Virus record (IMG/VR): IMGVR_UViG_3300012347_000528 | Coordinates: 1 to 35,599 of that record | Reading direction: 5' to 3' (one strand) | Length of the DNA: 35,599 bases | DNA from: a virus | In this document: positions 17,132 through 24,857 of the stretch, piece by piece | Position numbering within the stretch: position 1 is the stretch's first letter | Layout of the letters: each line of letters starts with the position of its first letter | Notes under the pieces: generated by a model | Told to the model about the DNA's origin: nothing | The model's database searches: none | Seen by the model: only the letters and a program-made list of their open reading frames with translations | Translations under genes and position numbers: made by a program

Positions 17132-18434
17132 TTTCTATTTTTAAGGCGCCCGCTTCGCGGTCAACAAGTTCAATGAACAATTCAATTCCTTCGGACTGTG
17201 ACCAGCTTTGAATTTTCTTGAAGTTTTCTTTGTCAACAAGTGAAGCGTCGATTTTAAGAATTTTAACTTCGTTTAAAAGCGAAGCCCCTATTTTAAGACC
17301 AGCGACAATTTGCGAAGCTGTATTTATTTGATTTTTATCAAAAGGAAGTTCGTTGAATAAGAAACATTCTTTTTCTATGTCATAAGACAAACCTTCAATA
17401 TTGATTTTTTCAGCAATTACAGCCGCCTTTTTGTCTTTTTCAGCCTGAATTTCTTCAGTAGCTTCTTCAATTGCAGCTTCAAGTTTTTCAATTTGTTCGT
17501 CAACTTCTTTGAACGATTTGGCTTCCTTAATTTTTTCGTTAATAGCTTCGGAATTTTCAAATTCTTTTTCCATTCGTTCAAGTTCAGGATTTGGAACAGG
17601 CTTGTTGTTCCAGTCTTTTAGCCATTCGTAACCGTCAGAAATTTGAGTTTTAAGACCTTTTTCGACATTTACAGTCGTTCCGATGCTGTTAACGTATTCG
17701 CCGCCGTTAAGCTTCGCCGAAGCTTCAGCAATTTGACGTTCAAGTTCTTTGGCTTGTTGTTCGCGTTCCGCTATTCCTTCGGTTACTGTGTTCCAAGTTT
17801 GCGCTTTTACGCGTTCAGCTTCCTTCAGTTCAGAAATTTCTTTTGAAAGCTTAACAACGTCAACAGGTTCTTTTTCGGCGTCTTCAGCGTTAAAAAACCC
17901 CGTTTTTGTCTGAAGTTCAGCCAGCTTCTTTTTGTCGAATTTTCGGCTTTCGGAAAGTTCTTCAATTTGCTGGTCAATTTCTGTGACGTCAAGCCCTGTA
18001 ATTTTACAGAAATATTCAACTTGTTTGGCGTCTGACATTTTGAAGAAGTCGTTAACGTCGAAGTCAATTACGCCAATTCTATTGTTCAGCCAAGTTCGAG
18101 GCGCCTTAACAAATTGGTCTTTTTCGTCTTCAGCGTTGAGGTTTTCAATTTCAAAATTAATAGGGCTTTTGCCTGTTGAATTCATTTTTACGCGTACAAC
18201 GTAACCGTCTTCAAGTTCAACTTCAATAAGACCCTTTTTGGCGCCTGTTGTGACAGGTTTTGGCGGAATGTTTTTGCCCGTAAGCGCAAGCCAAACAGCT
18301 TCAATGAACGACGTTTTTCCAGCCGCGTTTTTTCCGATTAAATAAATATCTTTTCCAAGAACTTCACCTTCGTAAGCTTTTAAGCCTTTGAAATTCTGAA
18401 TTTTAATGCGTTTAATTTTGGTTTGATTTTCCAT
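17112..18434 (-). CDS. SMC/Rad50/SbcC-like P-loop ATPase with central coiled coil
   Basis: N-terminal IKIQNFKG...LIGKNAAGKTS (Walker A), a long Glu/Lys coiled-coil centre, and a C-terminal VKILKIDASLVD Walker-B-like segment. Confidence 0.6.
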   Translation of the reverse strand: MENQTKIKRIKIQNFKGLKAYEGEVLGKDIYLIGKNAAGKTSFIEAVWLALTGKNIPPKPVTTGAKKGLIEVELEDGYVVRVKMNSTGKSPINFEIENLNAEDEKDQFVKAPRTWLNNRIGVIDFDVNDFFKMSDAKQVEYFCKITGLDVTEIDQQIEELSESRKFDKKKLAELQTKTGFFNAEDAEKEPVDVVKLSKEISELKEAERVKAQTWNTVTEGIAEREQQAKELERQIAEASAKLNGGEYVNSIGTTVNVEKGLKTQISDGYEWLKDWNNKPVPNPELERMEKEFENSEAINEKIKEAKSFKEVDEQIEKLEAAIEEATEEIQAEKDKKAAVIAEKINIEGLSYDIEKECFLFNELPFDKNQINTASQIVAGLKIGASLLNEVKILKIDASLVDKENFKKIQSWSQSEGIELFIELVDREAGALKIEIEEASE

Positions 18435-18458
18435 TTTTATTGTTTTTATAAAGTGATT

Positions 18459-18477
18459 AAAAAGCCCCCGAAGGGGC
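18459..18477 (-). terminator. Rho-independent terminator (GCCCC-UUCG-GGGGC plus U5) of the leftward early unit
   Basis: The minus strand reads gccccttcgggggcttttt. The same module recurs on the plus strand at 24508-24525. Confidence 0.75.
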
Positions 18478-18484
18478 GGTTAAA

Positions 18485-19147
18485 TTAAAAAGGAAGTTTC
18501 TTTTTTGCAAGTGCGCCCGTTGCTGGGTCAACTTCGTAACCAGCTGGAACTTGGTCACCAGCAACCCAATTTTCAGGCGTTACGACCTTGGTCGCTGTTG
18601 CTGCTGGTTGTGTGTTGGCGTTCGTTGGGTCGGCTGCTGTATTCTTTGCAATAAACGGGTTCCCGCCTTGAATTAACAATTGATTTAAGTCAATTGGCGT
18701 TTCTGTGTATGCTTCAATAATAGCGTTTGAAGGTTCGCTTGGCGGTTCGGGTGTGGTCATATATTCTGTGTCCATTCCTGAACCCTTTTTTGTAATTACG
18801 ACGTCGTAATTTTTAGGGTGACCCCAAGCGGGTTTTTCTGACAAAGCCAAAATTGACGAAATAACGTCCTGTTTGTCAAGTTCCATAACTTCAATTTTTT
18901 GGGTTTTGTAGTTCCAAACTATAAGACCCCAAGCGTGTTTTACGCTGTCTTTTTGGTCAGCGCCTTTTTGTGGTTTTGGTTCGCCCTGTTTGAATGCGTG
19001 TCGAATTGGTTTGCCGTCGCGCCATTCAAGCCACATAAGTAAAGGACTTGACAGAATTCTAAATTTGTTTTCGCCGTTTTCAAGTTTTGTAAAACCGCCG
19101 CCGCTTGTAGGTTGTTCGTAACCCGCTGGAATAAATGAATTGTTCAT
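18485..19147 (-). CDS. Putative ssDNA-binding protein (phage OB-fold SSB-like)
   Basis: The layout GENKFRILSSP...HAWGLIVWNY...WGHPKNYDVVITKKGSGMDTEY resembles phage gp32/gp2.5-type SSBs. It has a flexible Pro/Ala/Thr-rich C-terminal tail ending in LPF. Assigned by pattern memory only. Confidence 0.45.
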   Translation of the reverse strand: MNNSFIPAGYEQPTSGGGFTKLENGENKFRILSSPLLMWLEWRDGKPIRHAFKQGEPKPQKGADQKDSVKHAWGLIVWNYKTQKIEVMELDKQDVISSILALSEKPAWGHPKNYDVVITKKGSGMDTEYMTTPEPPSEPSNAIIEAYTETPIDLNQLLIQGGNPFIAKNTAADPTNANTQPAATATKVVTPENWVAGDQVPAGYEVDPATGALAKKKLPF

Positions 19148-19166
19148 TGTTTAAAGTATTAAAGAT

Positions 19167-19421
19167 TTATAAATTAGTGAAATAGTGAAAAGGGTCAACA
19201 AGAATTTCTTCAGCCTTTTCTTGGGTGAAATTTTCGACGTATTCAAGCGCCTTTTCGTAAGTCATAGGGCTTACAGTAACAGAAACGAAAGCGCTTTCTT
19301 GTTCAAAAGTAAATTCGACGCCGTTGGTTCCTGTTTCTTCGGTTCCGTTATCTGTGTTCTTAACACAAATAAGAAGCTGGTCGCCAGCTTGGTTTTCAAG
19401 TAATTTCGCAAATTTTGCCAT
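19167..19421 (-). CDS. Hypothetical acidic protein
   Basis: 84-aa ORF with an ATG start, in the leftward early operon. Confidence 0.5.
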   Translation of the reverse strand: MAKFAKLLENQAGDQLLICVKNTDNGTEETGTNGVEFTFEQESAFVSVTVSPMTYEKALEYVENFTQEKAEEILVDPFHYFTNL

Positions 19422-19433
19422 AGTAATTGTTTT

Positions 19434-19709
19434 TTAAATTTCAGGGTTTTCAGTAAGCGTGAACGCCAAGGCTTCCAGCTTTTCAGTAATGTCTTCGTCT
19501 GTCTGTCTTAACTGTAAAACGTTCGCAATTAACGACTTCTTTTTTATCGTGTCAAGTTCAGGGTGTTTGAAAATCAAAAGCGAAGTTATTCCGCTTGTTG
19601 GAAGTTTGCCTTTGGCGTCAATAACGCGTTTTTTCAATTCGTTATTAAGCGGCTTGTTCTTTTTTTCTTTTAAAGTCAGCCTTTTAGTTGGTTTTTTCTC
19701 GTTTTCCAT
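19434..19709 (-). CDS. Hypothetical basic protein
   Basis: 91-aa ORF with an ATG start and a Lys-rich N-terminus. Confidence 0.5.
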   Translation of the reverse strand: MENEKKPTKRLTLKEKKNKPLNNELKKRVIDAKGKLPTSGITSLLIFKHPELDTIKKKSLIANVLQLRQTDEDITEKLEALAFTLTENPEI

Positions 19710-19727
19710 TTTTATAATTAATTTATT

Positions 19728-19964
19728 TTATTTACGACAGAATGAAATTGTAAGCCCGCCGCGAAGTCTTATGACAACTTTTGTGTCGGGTGAACTTAAA
19801 GCCTTTTGAAAGTGTTTATAAGTCATTTCGTCGGCGTCTTTTGCTTTTTCCAAAATTAGCGGGTACCTTCCCGCACCTATTAAACTTGTTTTCTTGTCTT
19901 CGTCGAACTTATAACGAATAACAAAATTTTGATTTACTTCAGTTACAAATTGCTTCCAATTCAT
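19728..19964 (-). CDS. Hypothetical protein; start corrected to ATG (track used TTG at 19988)
   Basis: The ATG (plus-strand CAT at 19962-19964) gives MNWKQFVTEV... It is the first gene of the leftward early operon. Confidence 0.5.
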   Translation of the reverse strand: MNWKQFVTEVNQNFVIRYKFDEDKKTSLIGAGRYPLILEKAKDADEMTYKHFQKALSSPDTKVVIRLRGGLTISFCRK

Positions 19965-20052
19965 TGTTCTTGTTTTTTGATGTCGCAAAGTAAAAACAAA
20001 CTTTTCAATAAAAAAAATATATTTGCGCTTTTTTTTGCAATTTTTTTTTACT

Positions 20053-20066
20053 ACGTTTGCAAACGT
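20053..20066. promoter_or_regulatory. 14-bp perfect palindrome ACGTTTGCAAACGT overlapping a TAcgTTTG -7-like box (candidate operator/promoter)
   Basis: Located in the 99-bp divergent intergenic region, 21 nt upstream of the helicase ATG. TAcgTTTG is at 20052-20059 and a second TAtaTTTG at 20018-20025. Confidence 0.45.
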
Positions 20067-20087
20067 TAATTAATACAATAAAAAAAA

Positions 20088-21575
20088 ATGAAATTAAGAC
20101 CCTATCAAATTGAAGCAAAAGACGGCGTTCGTCAATGTTTTTCAAAAGGCAAAAAAAAGGTTGTTCTTTGTAAGCCAACAGGTTCAGGAAAAACCGTGAC
20201 ATTTGCCGATATTGCGCGCGAAAGTGTTGACAACGGTTTTACTGTTATGATTGCGGTTGACCGTTCCGAACTTTTAGAACAGGCACGCAAAAAATTGATT
20301 GACTACGGACTTAACCCCGCCGTTATTACTTCAGGAAAAACAATGCGACAAAATGCAAATTGTTACGTTGCAACCGTTCAAACATTAGTTAAGCGAAAAT
20401 TCCCGAAAATTGACCTTTTAATTATTGACGAATGTCATAAGCAAATTTTCGACAAAGTTCTTACGTCTGAAGCTTATATTGATGTTTTGACAATTGGCGC
20501 AACGGCGACACCTGTAAGAACAGGAAAAATGACCCAAATGGCTGACATTTACGACGACATAGTTGAAACGGTCACAATTAGCGAACTTATTAAACAGGAA
20601 TTTCTTGTTCCAGCAATAACTTATTCCGTAAAAGTTGACGCTTCAAAACTGTCGGTTAAGGGCGGCGAATACGATAATAAAGAAATGTTTGAAATGTTTA
20701 ACAAAAAACCGCTTTACGACGGCGTTGTTGACAAATACAGACGTTTCACACCAAACACAAAAGCAATTTGTTTCAACGTAAACGTTGACCACAGTAAAAA
20801 AGTAGCGCAAGCCTTCAATGAAGCTGGAATTACAGCCGTTCACGTTGACGGAACCACGCCAAAGCTTCAGCGTGAACAAATATTTGCAGCATTCAAAAAA
20901 GGGCTTATTCAGGTTCTTTGCAACGTCGATATTGCAACAACAGGCTTCGACGAATGGACTATTGAAACCGTAATTGTTAACCGTGTCACTTTGTCGCTGT
21001 CGTTATGGCTTCAAATGGGCGGGCGTGGTTCAAGAATAACGCCTTCAGAATTTCAGGGCAAAGTTGGCTATTTACAAAAAACGCACTTCAATTTATTAGA
21101 TATGGGCGGAAACGTTTATTCTTTGGGGTTTTGGGAACAGGAACGAACTTGGTCACTTACACACAAACGCGGCGAAAAGCTTGGAATTGCACCCGTCAAA
21201 GAATGTCCTGAAGACCGATTTGACGAACGCGGTTTTAAGGGTTGCGGCTGTATAATTCCAGCACCAGCGCCAAAGTGTAAACATTGCGGCTATATATTCC
21301 CAAAAGAAGAAAAAAAGCTTGCTGAAGGCGAATTTATACAGGTTGAAAATTACCAGCTTTTACCGCCTGAATTAATAAATAAAACTTGGGGCGATATGTC
21401 AATTGAACAGCTGGAACGCGTTCGGGAATTGAAGGGCTACAAACAAGGCTGGATTATTAGACAAATATTAATGAACGAAAAACTTCAGCTGTCAGATTAC
21501 GCCGTTTATAAGGGTTACAAGAACCCTGAAGCGTGGGTTGAACGAATGGAAAAAATGTATAACTTAAATAATTAA
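20088..21575 (+). CDS. SF2 DEAD/DEAH-box helicase with C-terminal zinc ribbon
   Basis: CKPTGSGKT (Walker A), LIIDECH (motif II), helicase-C region (VLCNVDIATTGFD, GRGSR), and CPED...CGC...CKHCG. Confidence 0.85.
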   Translation: MKLRPYQIEAKDGVRQCFSKGKKKVVLCKPTGSGKTVTFADIARESVDNGFTVMIAVDRSELLEQARKKLIDYGLNPAVITSGKTMRQNANCYVATVQTLVKRKFPKIDLLIIDECHKQIFDKVLTSEAYIDVLTIGATATPVRTGKMTQMADIYDDIVETVTISELIKQEFLVPAITYSVKVDASKLSVKGGEYDNKEMFEMFNKKPLYDGVVDKYRRFTPNTKAICFNVNVDHSKKVAQAFNEAGITAVHVDGTTPKLQREQIFAAFKKGLIQVLCNVDIATTGFDEWTIETVIVNRVTLSLSLWLQMGGRGSRITPSEFQGKVGYLQKTHFNLLDMGGNVYSLGFWEQERTWSLTHKRGEKLGIAPVKECPEDRFDERGFKGCGCIIPAPAPKCKHCGYIFPKEEKKLAEGEFIQVENYQLLPPELINKTWGDMSIEQLERVRELKGYKQGWIIRQILMNEKLQLSDYAVYKGYKNPEAWVERMEKMYNLNN

Positions 21576-21579
21576 TCAA

Positions 21580-21894
21580 ATGAAAAAAACTGAAGAAATT
21601 GAAGTAAAAGAAGCCCGCGTTTGTTCGGGAACCTGTGAAGCTTGCGAATGCGACGACACAAAAAAAATGATTACTTTTGAAGCTTCCTTTTACGCCGAAA
21701 GCGAAAAATCAATTGCGGCTTTGTATCAAAAAGGGAACCCCGAAGGCACGGCGTGGATGTCGAAGGAATGGTTTCCAAAGAAAATTTGTACTTTTAGCCC
21801 CGTAAGACCTTACGGACGCTTTGAAATTTCGGCGCCGAAATGGTACTTGGAAAAATTAAAAATAATCGACTTAATTACAGTTTATGAAAAATAA
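21580..21894 (+). CDS. Hypothetical protein with N-terminal Cys cluster
   Basis: 104 aa, containing CSGTCEACEC. Confidence 0.5.
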   Translation: MKKTEEIEVKEARVCSGTCEACECDDTKKMITFEASFYAESEKSIAALYQKGNPEGTAWMSKEWFPKKICTFSPVRPYGRFEISAPKWYLEKLKIIDLITVYEK

Positions 21895-22153
21895 AATAAC
21901 AGACGCCGACATTCAAAATATTATTGACTATTTACAGGGAACTTGTATGACTTTACAGGCAGCCTGTCAGGCTTACGGCTACGAAGAAGAAGACCTTACA
22001 ACTGAACAACTTGAAACTATTGACCAAGAAATTTTTCTTTGTACAAGTTGCGGCTGGTGGCACGAACAGGGCGAAAGTTCCGAACATAGCCCCGACGGTG
22101 AAAACTACTGTATTGAATGCGGAAACGACGAAGAAGACGAAGAAGACTATTAA
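21884..22153 (+). CDS. Hyper-acidic small zinc-ribbon protein
   Basis: 89 aa with CTSCG...CIECG, 24 Asp/Glu against 2 Lys, and a C-terminal DEEDEEDY. Confidence 0.55.
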   Translation: MKNKITDADIQNIIDYLQGTCMTLQAACQAYGYEEEDLTTEQLETIDQEIFLCTSCGWWHEQGESSEHSPDGENYCIECGNDEEDEEDY

Positions 22154-22170
22154 TTTAAAAATCAATAAGA

Positions 22171-22410
22171 ATGGAATTAACTAAAAGATTACAAGAACAA
22201 CTTTTTAAGAAAAAAGAACAAGAACCCCGTTCAGATTTTGCAATTTTATTTTCAGAAAAAGGCGTTTTTAAATTTAAAAAAGAATTGGCTTCTTCTCAAA
22301 TTTGCGGAATGTACCAAAGATATTTTCAAGGTAATAGCGAATTTTGCGGCTGTAAAGTTTTTGAAAACGAAGAAATTGAACAGGATTTTTTAATAATTAA
22401 ACAAGTTTAA
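22171..22410 (+). CDS. Hypothetical protein
   Basis: 79-aa ORF in the operon. Confidence 0.45.
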   Translation: MELTKRLQEQLFKKKEQEPRSDFAILFSEKGVFKFKKELASSQICGMYQRYFQGNSEFCGCKVFENEEIEQDFLIIKQV

Positions 22411-22411
22411 A

Positions 22412-23203
22412 ATGACAATAATTAACACCATAAGAATTGAAACAATTCTTTTTTTAGACATTGAAACAGCCCCAAATTGGCTGGAATTTAAAGACGTTCC
22501 TGAAAACGTTCGTACAGAATGGATTTACAAGTTCAAGTTCCGACCTGAAGCGCCAAGAATGCCAAGCGCGGAAACTATGGAAAACACGAACTACAACGAC
22601 CAGCTTCACAAACGCAACCTTGAAAATTTTGAAAAATACTTTTCAGACCTTTGGACGGCTGAAGCGGGGCTTCACCCTGAATTTAGTCGCGTCGTTTGTA
22701 TTTCTGTCGGGTTTATGTACCAAGGTCAATTTTATATGCGTTCTTATGCGAATATTAACGAAGGTCAACTTCTTCGAGCGTTTAAAGACGACCTTGAAGC
22801 TTTCAATAAGTCAGTCATTGACGCCCGTCTTTGCGCGCATTACGGCAAAGGTTTTGACTTCCCTTATATGGCTAAAAGAATGTTAATAAATAGGATTTCA
22901 CTTCCCAAAAACCTTGACACAGCACACTTGAAACCTTGGGAACAAATTAACCTTGACACCCAAGAAATTTGGAAGCTTGGCGGCTTCAATTCAGCTGGTT
23001 TGCCCGCTTTGTGTATGGCTTTCGGCTTGGAAACGCCAAAAGACGACCTTGACGGTTCCAAAGTCGCGGCGGCTTTTCACGCTGGCGAATTAAAGCGAAT
23101 TTGTATTTATTGCGAAAAAGACGTTTTTGCTTTACTTAACGTTTTTAAAGCTATGCGTTTAGAAGAACCGCTTGAAGACAGTCAAATTGTAATTCGCGAA
23201 TAA
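22412..23203 (+). CDS. 3'-5' exonuclease, RNase H-fold (PolB-exonuclease-domain-like)
   Basis: Contains FLDIETAP (ExoI), HYGKGFDFPYMAKR (ExoII) and IYCEKDV (ExoIII). Confidence 0.8.
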   Translation: MTIINTIRIETILFLDIETAPNWLEFKDVPENVRTEWIYKFKFRPEAPRMPSAETMENTNYNDQLHKRNLENFEKYFSDLWTAEAGLHPEFSRVVCISVGFMYQGQFYMRSYANINEGQLLRAFKDDLEAFNKSVIDARLCAHYGKGFDFPYMAKRMLINRISLPKNLDTAHLKPWEQINLDTQEIWKLGGFNSAGLPALCMAFGLETPKDDLDGSKVAAAFHAGELKRICIYCEKDVFALLNVFKAMRLEEPLEDSQIVIRE

Positions 23204-23397
23204 TGGCAAAGTTAAACGAAATGACACAGCAAAAAGACGGGGCGCTTATTGTAAAATTACAACCTGAAGCCGACGAATGGCTTCAGGTTCGCGTTACTAT
23301 TGGCGGAAAAGAAATAAAAGGAATTACTTCGGTTAAATTTGAACAGAATTCAGCCGAAAAGGTAAAAGCACACTTAAACAAAGTTTTAAAGAAATGA
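23203..23397 (+). CDS. Hypothetical protein
   Basis: 64-aa ORF with a TAATG overlap. Confidence 0.45.
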   Translation: MAKLNEMTQQKDGALIVKLQPEADEWLQVRVTIGGKEIKGITSVKFEQNSAEKVKAHLNKVLKK

Positions 23398-23762
23398 ATT
23401 CAATATATAACGACGCGCTGGAAGCACAGGGAAGTCACGGGAAGCCTATTTTCTTAATTAATGCAACTTTGTCAAAGTCGCAAACTTTCGGCGTTTCTAA
23501 ACGCGTAAAAAAGGAATTCTTTTGCGCAAAGAAAATCGTTGCAGCTGGAACCATTGAACAAATGAAAGAAGACCCGCACGTTTTATTGTCCTGTTTGGTT
23601 CAAATTCTTGGAAAACAACAAGCTTTTAAAGCTGACAGGTCAAAATATAAGATTGAAGACGAAATTGTTCAGGTGCTAAATGAAAAGGGCGTAAACGAAC
23701 CGTTCGTTAAAAATGAAGGGGTTTTTGTCATATCTTTTCACGGTTATTCACTACACAAATGA
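23394..23762 (+). CDS. Hypothetical protein
   Basis: 122-aa ORF with an ATGA overlap. Confidence 0.5.
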   Translation: MNSIYNDALEAQGSHGKPIFLINATLSKSQTFGVSKRVKKEFFCAKKIVAAGTIEQMKEDPHVLLSCLVQILGKQQAFKADRSKYKIEDEIVQVLNEKGVNEPFVKNEGVFVISFHGYSLHK

Positions 23763-24151
23763 AATTAAGCCAAGCGAAAAAAGAAAAAGGTCAATACTGT
23801 TGCGCTTATTCCTGTAACAACAAACCCGTCGAAAAACTCGGCGGGCTTTGTCATAAACACTACCAAAGGAAAAGAAGAAAAACCGACCCTGTTGGTGTTC
23901 GCTTCAGTCAATTCAAAGTTAATGCTTTAAAAAGAAATAAAGACTTTTCAATTACGCTGGAACAATTTCGCATTTTTTGCCAAGAAACGGGCTACTGTAT
24001 CGTAAAAGGAAGGCGCGGAAAAAACGCCACAGTTGACAGAATTGACAACAAAAAAGGCTATCATATTGACAATATTCAACTTTTAACACTTCGCGAAAAC
24101 GTGCGTAAATACTACGAAGAAGACCGTTTTGAAGACGACTGTCCTTTTTAA
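23759..24151 (+). CDS. HNH-like (His-Me finger) endonuclease-family protein
   Basis: N-terminal CCAYSC...LCHKHYQRKRR zinc motif and C-terminal VDRIDNKKGYHIDNIQLLTLRENVRK, an HNH-like core with Arg where the catalytic His is usual. Confidence 0.5.
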   Translation: MKLSQAKKEKGQYCCAYSCNNKPVEKLGGLCHKHYQRKRRKTDPVGVRFSQFKVNALKRNKDFSITLEQFRIFCQETGYCIVKGRRGKNATVDRIDNKKGYHIDNIQLLTLRENVRKYYEEDRFEDDCPF

Positions 24152-24174
24152 TTTAAAAAAAACTTGCAAAAAAA

Positions 24175-24205
24175 TTTGCAGGGTTCGCCGAAATGATTAC
24201 ATTTG
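24175..24205 (+). promoter_or_regulatory. Bacteroidota-type sigma-A promoter: TTTG (-33) N19 TAcaTTTG (-7)
   Basis: TTTG at 24175-24178, a 19-nt spacer, and TAcaTTTG at 24198-24205, about 32 nt upstream of the ATG at 24237. Confidence 0.65.
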
Positions 24206-24236
24206 CCCTATCAATAACAATAAAAAAAAACAAATT

Positions 24237-24497
24237 ATGAGTTTATTAAGCACAGATTACAAACTTACAGTAGTTCAAAAAGGTAAAAAATTTCTTTACA
24301 CAGTCACAGACAAAGAAGGGAAGGTTCTTGGAACCCGAAGTTCAACAAACCCAAACTTTGTGGCTGTAATGATTTGTAAAGACCCAAAAACAGGCGAAAT
24401 TTACAGCCCGAACTTTTTCTTCAGTCGTTTTGAATTGGTCGGAAAAGGTGACAGTCGTCACTACAAAGACCAGCATATTGCAACCGCTACGCTTTAA
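24237..24497 (+). CDS. Hypothetical 86-aa protein; start corrected from 24129
   Basis: ATG downstream of the canonical promoter. The track's upstream extension would read through the promoter. A terminator follows. Confidence 0.55.
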   Translation: MSLLSTDYKLTVVQKGKKFLYTVTDKEGKVLGTRSSTNPNFVAVMICKDPKTGEIYSPNFFFSRFELVGKGDSRHYKDQHIATATL

Positions 24498-24507
24498 TTA
24501 ATTAACC

Positions 24508-24525
24508 GCCCCTTCGGGGGCTTTT
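24508..24525 (+). terminator. Rho-independent terminator (GCCCC-UUCG-GGGGC plus U4)
   Basis: Reads gccccttcgggggctttt. It is part of a 24-nt exact inverted copy of 18460-18483. Confidence 0.75.
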
Positions 24526-24536
24526 ATACCTTCAAG

Positions 24537-24857
24537 ATGAAAAATAAATTAAAAGAATACACTTACGACGAAATTGAAACCATTCTTAAAGAATGTCGTC
24601 TTCAAATTGCTAAAATTGCGGAACTAACGAACCCGACTGAAGTTTTGGTTCTTATGCCAAATTATTTCAGGTCAATTTTAGATTACTATTTTCGTGAAAC
24701 TTGTAAAACGGCACTTTGCGAAATATGTTTTGGAACAGGTTCGACGTTTTACGGGGTTAAAAACTTTTACCCTTCACCAAGTAACCAAATAATAATTTCT
24801 TGTTTAGATAATGCTTTAAATAAGGAAAGTTTGGAAGTAAAGATTGATTTAAAATAA
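24537..24857 (+). CDS. Hypothetical protein
   Basis: 106-aa ORF with an ATG start. Its stop lies inside the left arm of a long hairpin. Confidence 0.5.
   Translation: MKNKLKEYTYDEIETILKECRLQIAKIAELTNPTEVLVLMPNYFRSILDYYFRETCKTALCEICFGTGSTFYGVKNFYPSPSNQIIISCLDNALNKESLEVKIDLK

Noticed and set aside
22461-22886. 141-aa same-strand overlapping ORF inside the exonuclease gene. Others of the same kind are 25253-25513, 25700-25912, 3498-3755, 9097-9300, 21005-21211, 30325-30516, 31903-32121 and 33170-33379.
   Set aside because: These are alternative-frame ORFs fully inside motif-supported genes. They have Arg/Lys/Ser/Thr-rich compositions and no start context, so they are treated as chance open frames.
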